Below are positions 34,634 through 42,081 of a stretch of 64,000 bases of DNA, piece after piece; the stretch's first letter is position 1; each line of letters begins with the position of its first letter. The notes beneath the pieces were generated by a model, which made no database searches, was not told the origin of the DNA, and saw only the letters and a list, made by a program, of their open reading frames with translations. Location of the stretch: contig JAGMAD010000003.1 of the NCBI GenBank assembly GCA_023130975.1, positions 65,109 through 129,108 of the forward strand, in the 5' to 3' direction. The translations under genes and the position numbers were made by a program. The DNA is from Candidatus Parcubacteria bacterium (GTDB lineage Bacteria; Patescibacteriota; Minisyncoccia; Minisyncoccales; JAGMDC01).

Positions 34634-36055
34634 ATGAAAAAATCTTTCTTTATTTCTACGGCTATTGATTATCCTACCGAACAGGGGCATCTTGGCCATG
34701 CTTTAGAAAAAGTGCAAGCAGATGTTATTGCGAGATATAAAAGACTTCAAGGTATTGATGTCCATTTTAGCGCAGGAACAGACGAGCATGGGCTTAAAAT
34801 TCAAAGACGTGCTCAAAAAGCAGACAAAAAACCGCAAGAATTTGTGGATGAAATGAGTAAATATTTTAAAAATCTATGGAAAATATTAAACATCTCAAAT
34901 AATGATTTTATTAGGACTACCGAGAAAAGACATATAAAAGTTGTTCAAGAAATTATTAAGAAAATTTACAAGAAAGGTGATATTTATAAAGGAAAATATA
35001 AAGGATTATATTGTGTAGATTGCGAGAGTTATTATTTACCAAAAGATTTAGAAAATGGAAAATGTCCAATTCACAAGAAACCAGTAGAGTTGATAGAAGA
35101 AGAGACATATTTTTTTAGAATGAGTAAATACCAAAAACAACTTCAAGATTATATTAAAAAAAATAAAAATTTTATTATTCCTGTAGGTAAAAGAAACGAA
35201 ATCTTAAACCGGCTAAAAGAGCCCTTACAGGATTTAAGTATTTCTAGAAAAACAGTTCTATGGGGAATTCCATTACCTTTTGATAAAAAACTTTCTCTTT
35301 TTGTTTGGGTAGATGCTTTATGTAATTATCTAACTACGATTGGTTATCCCAATAATAAATCTAAAAAATTTTGGCCTGCTGATGTCCATATTATAGGAAA
35401 AGATATCGTTTGGCATCACACCGTAATTTGGAGCAGTTTATTATCGTCTTTAAAATTGCCTTTGCCAAAAACTATATTTGTTCACGGTTTTATCACATCT
35501 GGCGGTCAAAAAATGTCAAAAAGTTTGGGCAATGTGGTTGACCCATTTGTGTTAGTTGAAAAATACGGGACTGATGCTGTTAGGTATTTTCTTTTGCGAG
35601 AAATTCCGCCAACTGAAGATGGTGACTTTACCTATCAGAAGTTTGAGCAAAGATACAACTCAGACCTTGCGGCTGGAATTGGTAATTTGGTGGCAAGAGT
35701 AATAACGCTTGCGAAAAATTCCAAATTCCAAATTCCAAATTCCAAACAAATTCCAAATTCAAAATTCCAAACAGCAGTAAATAAAACATGGGGAAATTAT
35801 GAAAAAGCGTTGGACAATTTTAAATTTAACGAAGCCCTGAGAGAAATTTGGAAATTAATTAGCTTTTGCGACCGCTATATTGAAAAAGAGAGACCTTGGG
35901 AAAAGTCCAAGCATCAAGAACAAACAATCAAGAATCTATTATTTGCCTTAAGAAATATAGCTGAAATGTTAGAGCCGTTTTTGCCAGAAACATCAGAGAA
36001 TATATTAAAACAGATTAAAACAAAAAAAAGCAAACCACTTTTCCCTAGAATTTAA
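34634..36055 (+). CDS. metG: Methionine--tRNA ligase (short form)
   Basis: AIDYPTEQGHLGH (HIGH region), KMSKSLGN, and zinc knuckle CVDCESYY..CPIHKK. The ORF also opens at TTG 34625. Confidence 0.93.
   Translation: MKKSFFISTAIDYPTEQGHLGHALEKVQADVIARYKRLQGIDVHFSAGTDEHGLKIQRRAQKADKKPQEFVDEMSKYFKNLWKILNISNNDFIRTTEKRHIKVVQEIIKKIYKKGDIYKGKYKGLYCVDCESYYLPKDLENGKCPIHKKPVELIEEETYFFRMSKYQKQLQDYIKKNKNFIIPVGKRNEILNRLKEPLQDLSISRKTVLWGIPLPFDKKLSLFVWVDALCNYLTTIGYPNNKSKKFWPADVHIIGKDIVWHHTVIWSSLLSSLKLPLPKTIFVHGFITSGGQKMSKSLGNVVDPFVLVEKYGTDAVRYFLLREIPPTEDGDFTYQKFEQRYNSDLAAGIGNLVARVITLAKNSKFQIPNSKQIPNSKFQTAVNKTWGNYEKALDNFKFNEALREIWKLISFCDRYIEKERPWEKSKHQEQTIKNLLFALRNIAEMLEPFLPETSENILKQIKTKKSKPLFPRI
35711..35772 (+). 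repeat. In-frame AAATTCC oligo-repeat in metG
   Basis: GCGAAAAATTCCAAATTCCAAATTCCAAATTCCAAACAAATTCCAAATTCAAAATTCCAAAC, encoding AKNSKFQIPNSKQIPNSKFQ. Confidence 0.85.
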
Positions 36056-36058
36056 TTT

Positions 36059-36904
36059 ATGTTGTTTGATACTCACGCTCATCTTAATTTTGCTGTTTTT
36101 GACAAGGATAGGAAAGAAATGATTAAAAAATGCTTGGAAAATAATGTTTGGATGATAAATATAGGAACAAATTATGAGACCTCAAAAAAAGCAGTTGAAA
36201 TTGCGGGAAAATATAATGAAGGGGTTTATGCGGCAATTGGACTTCATCCCATAAATTTAGAGACAAATCTGATGAAACAAAAGTTTGATGAGAATGAAGG
36301 CGGCCGGTTTGAAAAAGAATTTAATTATGGAAAGTACAAAAAGCTTGCCTTAAGTTCTAAAAAGATTGTTGCTATTGGTGAAATCGGCTTGGATTATTGG
36401 CGAAAACCCAAGACAAAGAAAAAACTAGCAGAATTTAAAAATAAACAAAAAAATTTACTTTTACAAGAAATTAAATTAGCGCAGGAATTAGAATTGCCCA
36501 TAATCTTTCACTGCCGAATGGCTCACGACGACCTGATAAAAATATTACAATACAAAGAAGTCGGACTTCCTAAAGGAAGTCCGACTTCTAAAAAAGCCGT
36601 AATTCATTGCTTTACTGGAACTTGGGAGCAGTCAGAAAAATTTTTAGAAATGGGATTTTATTTGGGTTTTAATGGGATTGTTTTTAAATTAGACCTTGAT
36701 GAAATAATTAAGAAAACACCCCTGAATAGGATTTTAATAGAAACAGATTGCCCTTTTTTAACTCCCCCAAATTTCAATGAAGAAAAAAATAATCCTTTAG
36801 GTGTAAAATTCGTTGCTGAACATATTGCTAAAATTAGAAATCTCCCTCTTGAAAAAATAGCTGAAATTACCAGCACAAACGCTAAAACACTTTTTAAGAT
36901 TTAA
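36059..36904 (+). CDS. tatD: TatD family metal-dependent hydrolase
   Basis: MLFDTHAHLNF, GEIGLDY, IFHCR, HCFTG and ETDCPFL blocks. Confidence 0.9.
   Translation: MLFDTHAHLNFAVFDKDRKEMIKKCLENNVWMINIGTNYETSKKAVEIAGKYNEGVYAAIGLHPINLETNLMKQKFDENEGGRFEKEFNYGKYKKLALSSKKIVAIGEIGLDYWRKPKTKKKLAEFKNKQKNLLLQEIKLAQELELPIIFHCRMAHDDLIKILQYKEVGLPKGSPTSKKAVIHCFTGTWEQSEKFLEMGFYLGFNGIVFKLDLDEIIKKTPLNRILIETDCPFLTPPNFNEEKNNPLGVKFVAEHIAKIRNLPLEKIAEITSTNAKTLFKI
36556..36589. repeat. GAAGTCGGAYTTCC hairpin family, copy in tatD (in frame)
   Basis: AGAAGTCGGACTTCC-TAAA-GGAAGTCCGACTTCT with perfect 15-bp arms, encoding EVGLPKGSPTS. Confidence 0.9.
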
Positions 36905-36910
36905 AATTTC

Positions 36911-36955
36911 AAAACCCGACCTTAAAATTGTAATCAAGGTCGGGTTTTTTACTTT
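36911..36955 (+). terminator. Intrinsic terminator after tatD
   Basis: AAAACCCGACCTT-N13-AAGGTCGGGTTTT followed by a T-run. Confidence 0.8.
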
Positions 36956-37006
36956 TCTTTTTCGTTTGAAAGAAACCAATCTTCGTGATAAGATAAAATA
37001 TTATTT

Positions 37007-39484
37007 ATGGAAAAATACGAACCACAAAAAATTGAGCCAAAATGGCCCCGAAAAAATTTTTCGAAGAAAAATTTAACGGGGCAAGCAAAAAATTATAATC
37101 CACAACGAATAGAAAAGAAATGGCAAGAGATTTGGGAAAAACAGAAACTTTATCAAGCTCAAGATTTTTCCAAGAGACCTAAAAAATACATTTTAATTGA
37201 GTTTCCTTATCCTTCAGGAGAGGGACTTCATGTTGGCCATTTAAGACCTTATACTGCTTTAGATGCTGTGGCTAGAAAAAAAAGAATGGAGGGTTTTAAT
37301 GTTTTATTTCCCATTGGTTGGGATGCTTTTGGTCTGCCAACTGAAAATTTTGCTTTAAGAACCGGTATTCATCCTCAAAAAGCAACTAAAAAAAATATCG
37401 CCAATTTTAAGAGACAATTTAAAAATTTAGGTCTTTCTTTTGATTGGAACCGGGAAATCAATACCACTGACCCAAAATATTACAAATGGACTCAAAGGAT
37501 TTTCCTTCAGCTTTTTAAAAAGGGCTTGGCTTATCAAGCAGAAATACCAATAAATTGGTGTCCTTCCTGTAAAATTGGCTTAGCTAATGAAGAAGTGATT
37601 TCCGGCAAGTGCGAGCGCTGTGGTACTCAAGTAGAGAAAAAAATAAAAAAGCAATGGATGTTAAAAATTACTAAATACGCTGATCGGCTGATAGATGATT
37701 TAGAGAAGGTTGATTATTTAGAGAAAATTAAAACCCAGCAGATAAATTGGATTGGCAGAAGTTATGGCACAGAAATTGATTTTAAAATTGAAAATTCTCA
37801 AGACATAATAAAAGTTTTTACTACTAGAACTGACACTATTTTCGGGGTGACGGCTGTTGTTTTGGCTCCGGAACATCCCTTGGTTGAGAAGTTAGTTACA
37901 AATGACAATAAGGAGAAAGTAATTAGTTATATTGAACAATCAAAGAAAAAAAGTGATTTTGAAAGAACAGAATTAAAAAAAGAGAAAACAGGGGTTTTTA
38001 CTGGTTCTTATTGTTTTAATCCCGTTAATAATGAGAAAATTCCTATTTGGGTAGGGGATTATATAGTGGCAACTTATGGAGGAGGGGCAGTAATGGTAGT
38101 TCCCGCTCATGACAAACGAGATTTTAATTTTGCCAAAAAATATGGATTAGAAATTAGAGAAGTTATTTCGGGTGGAGATATCTTCAAGGAAGCATTTGTT
38201 GATTACGGGATTTTGATTAATTCTGGAGAATTTAATGGTTTATCTTCTGAAAAAGCGATTGAAAAAATTACTGATTGGTTAGAAAAAAATAGATTGGCTA
38301 AAAAAACAGTTCACTACAAATTAAGGGACTGGGTTTTCTCTAGACAGCATTATTGGGGAGAACCAATGCCTATTATTCATTGTGAAAAATGCGGCGCAGT
38401 TCCAGTGCCGGAAAAGGATTTACCAATTGAGCTTCCTTATATTGAAAAATATCAGCCAACAGGCACTGGTGAATCGCCTCTGGCAAAAATTACTGAGTGG
38501 GTACAGGTCAAATGTCCAAAATGCAAGGGACCAGCTAAAAGAGAGACAGACACTATGCCTAACTGGGCCGGTTCTTCTTGGTATTTTATGCGCTATACTG
38601 ATCCCTATAATGATAAATCATTAGCTGATTCCAAAAAATTAGAATACTGGCTGCCAGTAGATTGGTATAATGGCGGAATGGAGCACACAACTTTGCATCT
38701 TCTGTATTCTCGTTTCTGGTATAAATTTCTTTTTGATATTGGCATTGCTCCTCAGGCAGAACCCTATGCTCGAAGGACTTCTCATGGTATAGTTTTAGCC
38801 GAAGATGGAAGAAAAATGTCAAAGTCATTTGATAATGTAGTTAATCCTGATGATATTATTCAAGAATACGGGGCAGATACTTTGAGGGTTTATGAGCTGT
38901 TTATGGGTCCATTTGGTCAGGCAATTGTCTGGAGCACTAAAGGAGTGAAGGGTGTTTATCGATTTTTAGAAAGAGTTTGGAAATTGAGTTTGGAATGTTC
39001 TAAAAATGAGAAAAGCAGTCCCAAAATAATAAGAGCGATTCATCAACTTAATAAAAAAATAGATGAGGATTTAGAAACAACAAAATTCAATACCATCATC
39101 GCTGGTTTTATGAAATTTGTAAATTTAGGGTTGGAAAATAAAAAAGAAGTTGGCAAAGATACAATTGAAAAAATGTTGATTTTGCTTTCTCCTTTTGCTC
39201 CCCATATTTCAGAAGAACTCTGGCAAAAATTGGGTTATAAAGCAAGCATTTTTAAAGAAAAATGGCCAAAATATGATCCGAAACTCGTAAAAGAAGAAAA
39301 AATCTTTTTAATTATCCAGATTAATGGGAGAATGCGCGACAAAATAGAAGTTGAAACAGACATTTCAGAAGAAGAAGCCAAAAAATTGACATTAGAGAGA
39401 GAAAAAGTTAAAAAATGGATAAAGGGCAAACCAGTAAAAAAGACCATATTTGTGAAGGAAAAGCTAATTAATATTGTGGTCTAA
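37007..39484 (+). CDS. leuS: Leucine--tRNA ligase
   Basis: PYPSGEGLHVGH (HIGH region), KMSKSFDN, and CP1 zinc CPSC..CERCG. The N-terminal motif is duplicated around a hairpin insert. Confidence 0.95.
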   Translation: MEKYEPQKIEPKWPRKNFSKKNLTGQAKNYNPQRIEKKWQEIWEKQKLYQAQDFSKRPKKYILIEFPYPSGEGLHVGHLRPYTALDAVARKKRMEGFNVLFPIGWDAFGLPTENFALRTGIHPQKATKKNIANFKRQFKNLGLSFDWNREINTTDPKYYKWTQRIFLQLFKKGLAYQAEIPINWCPSCKIGLANEEVISGKCERCGTQVEKKIKKQWMLKITKYADRLIDDLEKVDYLEKIKTQQINWIGRSYGTEIDFKIENSQDIIKVFTTRTDTIFGVTAVVLAPEHPLVEKLVTNDNKEKVISYIEQSKKKSDFERTELKKEKTGVFTGSYCFNPVNNEKIPIWVGDYIVATYGGGAVMVVPAHDKRDFNFAKKYGLEIREVISGGDIFKEAFVDYGILINSGEFNGLSSEKAIEKITDWLEKNRLAKKTVHYKLRDWVFSRQHYWGEPMPIIHCEKCGAVPVPEKDLPIELPYIEKYQPTGTGESPLAKITEWVQVKCPKCKGPAKRETDTMPNWAGSSWYFMRYTDPYNDKSLADSKKLEYWLPVDWYNGGMEHTTLHLLYSRFWYKFLFDIGIAPQAEPYARRTSHGIVLAEDGRKMSKSFDNVVNPDDIIQEYGADTLRVYELFMGPFGQAIVWSTKGVKGVYRFLERVWKLSLECSKNEKSSPKIIRAIHQLNKKIDEDLETTKFNTIIAGFMKFVNLGLENKKEVGKDTIEKMLILLSPFAPHISEELWQKLGYKASIFKEKWPKYDPKLVKEEKIFLIIQINGRMRDKIEVETDISEEEAKKLTLEREKVKKWIKGKPVKKTIFVKEKLINIVV
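37045..37082. repeat. GCCCCG...CGGGGC hairpin element in frame at the leuS 5' end
   Basis: GCCCCGAAAAAATTTTTCGAAGAAAAATTTAACGGGGC followed by AAGC. Its right end AAAAATTT(C)TAACGGGGCAAGCAA is shared with 45838-45862. Confidence 0.75.
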
Positions 39485-39621
39485 GATAAAAAACTATCGT
39501 TAAAATTTTCAATTTTCATTAAATTTTCAATGAATCAATTTTCAATTAAGAATTAGAAATTTAATAGAAATTAGAAATTAAAAATTAGAAATTTGAGCGA
39601 AGCCCGTTAGGGCAAGCGAAC
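39485..39621. repeat. Intergenic composite upstream of glmS: TTTTCAA repeats, then TTAGAAA repeats, then a GAGCGAAGC..GGCAAGCGAAC module
   Basis: TTTTCAA occurs about four times, then AATTAGAAAT about four times, then GAGCGAAGCCCGTTAGGGCAAGCGAAC ending 4 nt before the ATG. A similar order (TTTTGCA repeats, then GACCGAGCGAAGCGAGGGAACG) occurs at 4100-4165 upstream of the Nudix gene. Confidence 0.75.
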
Positions 39622-39625
39622 ATTT

Positions 39626-41440
39626 ATGTGCGGTATAGTCGGCTACATTGGTAAAAAAGATAATCCTCAAATTGGCCTGAGTGCCTTGAAACGTTTGGAA
39701 TATAGGGGATATGATTCTGCTGGAATGGCTGTTTTTAATCCTGAAAAACAGGAGATTTTTTGCTTAAAGGCAAAAGGCAAAATCAGTGAACTTGAGAGAA
39801 AGTTTTATTCAGCACCTTTTAGTGGTAGTCCATTTATTTTTCATACTCGCTGGGCAACGCATGGCGAGGCAAGTGAAATAAATGCGCATCCACATTGGGA
39901 CTGCCAAAAAAACATTTTTTTGGTTCATAATGGAATAATTGAAAACTATCAGGAATTAAAAGAAAAGTTAGAAAAAGAAGGTCACAAGTTTCAGTCAGAA
40001 ACAGATACGGAAGTTCTCTGTCATTTAATTGAGAAGTATTTTCAGGGCAATCTTGAGGAAGCAGTGAGACAGGCATTAAAAGAAGTTAGAGGCACTTATG
40101 GAATTGCTGTTATCTCTAAAAAGGACCCTCAAAAGATTGTGGCAGCAAAGTTGGGTTCGCCTCTAATTTTAGGAATAAATCAGGACGAGTTTTTGATAGC
40201 TTCTGACCCTGCGGCTATTGTTTCTCATACCAGACAGGTCATTACTTTGGATGATAATGAAATCGCTGTTTTGTCCCCAAATAATTTTTTTATATTAAAA
40301 GAAAAGCCAATTGAAAAAATTGAATGGGATGCAGGAGAAGCACAGAAGCAGGGATTTTCCCATTTTATGTTAAAAGAAATAATGGAGCAACCGGAAAGCA
40401 TTGAGACACCTTTAAGAGGAAGATTAATAATTGATCAAGGGTTGGCAAAATTAGGAGGTTTAGAACCAGTAAAAGAGAGATTAAAGGGAATTGAGCGATT
40501 AAATATTGTTGCTTGCGGAACAGCTCGTCACGCTTGTTTGGTAGGCGAGTATATGCTGGAGGAATATACTGGAATTCCAGTAGAAGTAGAGGCTAGCTCG
40601 GAATTTAGGTATAGAAAACAAATTTTAGATAAAAAGACAGCAGTTTTGGCTGTTTCTCAATCAGGAGAGACAGCAGATACCTTGGAAGCAATCAAAGAAG
40701 CCAAAGAAAAAGGAATAATGTGTCTCGGGGTTGTCAATGTGGTAGGTTCAACCATTTCCAGGGAGACAGACGCAGGAATTTATAATCATGCTGGTCCAGA
40801 AATAGGGGTTGCCTCAACTAAAGCATTTACTTCTCAACTTACAGTTCTTGCTCTTTTAACCTTGTTTTTAGGCAGGCAGAGAGAAATGAGTTTAGTGATG
40901 GGTCAGAGGATTGCTAAAGAACTTTTACGTATTCCTGAATTGATGAGAGAAGTGCTGAAAAGCGAAGCCCAAGTAAAAGAATTAGCCCAAAAATATAAAG
41001 ATTTTAATAATCTGATGTATATTGGTCGGAAGTATAATTACCCTATCGCCCGGGAAGGAGCACATAAAATTAAGGAAATCGCTTATGTTCATGCTGAGGG
41101 AATGCGTGCGGGAGAACTTAAACATTGTGAACTTGCTTTGATTGATGAAAATTTTCCCACAATAGCTATCTGTCCTTCTGACTCGGTTTATGATAAAATG
41201 AAAAATGCAATGGAGGAAATTAAGGCAAGGCAGGGAAAGATTTTAGCTGTGGCTACTGAGGGAAACAATGAAATAAAAAATTTAGTTGATGATGTTATTT
41301 ATATTCCAAAAACTTTAGAAATGTTAACTCCAATTTTATCAGTAGTTCCATTACAACTTTTTGCTTATTATGTGGGAGTTCTACGGGGTTATGATGTAGA
41401 TCATCCAAAAAATTTAGCAAAGGCGGTCACGGTAGAGTAA
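39626..41440 (+). CDS. glmS: Glutamine--fructose-6-phosphate aminotransferase
   Basis: MCGIVGYIG Ntn-Cys start, two SIS domains and a C-terminal ..LAKAVTVE. Confidence 0.95.
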   Translation: MCGIVGYIGKKDNPQIGLSALKRLEYRGYDSAGMAVFNPEKQEIFCLKAKGKISELERKFYSAPFSGSPFIFHTRWATHGEASEINAHPHWDCQKNIFLVHNGIIENYQELKEKLEKEGHKFQSETDTEVLCHLIEKYFQGNLEEAVRQALKEVRGTYGIAVISKKDPQKIVAAKLGSPLILGINQDEFLIASDPAAIVSHTRQVITLDDNEIAVLSPNNFFILKEKPIEKIEWDAGEAQKQGFSHFMLKEIMEQPESIETPLRGRLIIDQGLAKLGGLEPVKERLKGIERLNIVACGTARHACLVGEYMLEEYTGIPVEVEASSEFRYRKQILDKKTAVLAVSQSGETADTLEAIKEAKEKGIMCLGVVNVVGSTISRETDAGIYNHAGPEIGVASTKAFTSQLTVLALLTLFLGRQREMSLVMGQRIAKELLRIPELMREVLKSEAQVKELAQKYKDFNNLMYIGRKYNYPIAREGAHKIKEIAYVHAEGMRAGELKHCELALIDENFPTIAICPSDSVYDKMKNAMEEIKARQGKILAVATEGNNEIKNLVDDVIYIPKTLEMLTPILSVVPLQLFAYYVGVLRGYDVDHPKNLAKAVTVE

Positions 41441-41535
41441 TCCAATCATATCAACATTCAAACATACCAACATTTTAACAAAATTTAAATTCAAAATGTT
41501 AAAATGTTTAGATGTTAAAATGTTAGAATAAATTT
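41441..41535. repeat. Intergenic imperfect inverted repeat built from CAACAT / ATGTTA oligo-repeats
   Basis: The left arm ..TCAACATTCAAACATACCAACATTTTAAC and right arm GTTAAAATGTTTAGATGTTAAAATGTTAG are approximately complementary. Confidence 0.7.
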
Positions 41536-42081
41536 ATGACCAATCTTTTTAAAGACATTCCAGCTGGCGACAATTCGCCAGAAGAAATTAATGTAGTGGT
41601 GGATATTCCTAAAGGTTGCGCTAATAAGTATGAATACGACGAGGAAAAGGAATGTTTTAAATTAGACAGGGTGAATTATTCACCAATGTTTTATCCTTGT
41701 GATTACGGTTTTATTCCACAGACCCATTCAGAGGATGGCGATGCATTAGATGTTCTTCTTCTAACTACTTATCCTACTTTTTCGGGTTGTGTTGTTAAAG
41801 CCAGACCAATTGGAATGATTTTAATGAAAGACGAGGCAGGGAATGATGATAAAATTGTTGCTGTTCCAGTAGAAAAAGTTGATCCACGATTTAAGGAGAT
41901 TCAAGATATAGATGATGTACCCGAACATCTTAGAAAAGAAATAAAAATTTATTTAGAGGATTATAAAAAATTAGAACCGGAAAAATATGAGCACGTGAAG
42001 GTAGGAAAATTTCAAGGAAAAGAAAAAGCCTTAGAGATTATTAAAAAAGCAATTGAGGCGTATAAGACAAATAATAAATAG
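41536..42081 (+). CDS. ppa: Inorganic pyrophosphatase (family I)
   Basis: VVVDIPKG..NKYEYD, YPCDYGFIPQT and DGDALDVL blocks. Confidence 0.93.
   Translation: MTNLFKDIPAGDNSPEEINVVVDIPKGCANKYEYDEEKECFKLDRVNYSPMFYPCDYGFIPQTHSEDGDALDVLLLTTYPTFSGCVVKARPIGMILMKDEAGNDDKIVAVPVEKVDPRFKEIQDIDDVPEHLRKEIKIYLEDYKKLEPEKYEHVKVGKFQGKEKALEIIKKAIEAYKTNNK

Noticed and set aside
39485-39625. glmS ribozyme upstream of glmS
   Set aside because: The leader is low-complexity AT-rich repeat plus a short GC module. None of the conserved ribozyme core segments was recognisable by eye. An Infernal scan would be decisive.
41568-41590. The palindrome CTGGCGACAATTCGCCAG in ppa as another in-frame insertion
   Set aside because: The encoded PAGDNSPEE aligns with the normal-length N-terminal segment of family I pyrophosphatases, so there is no evidence of an insert. 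It may be chance or a converted site.
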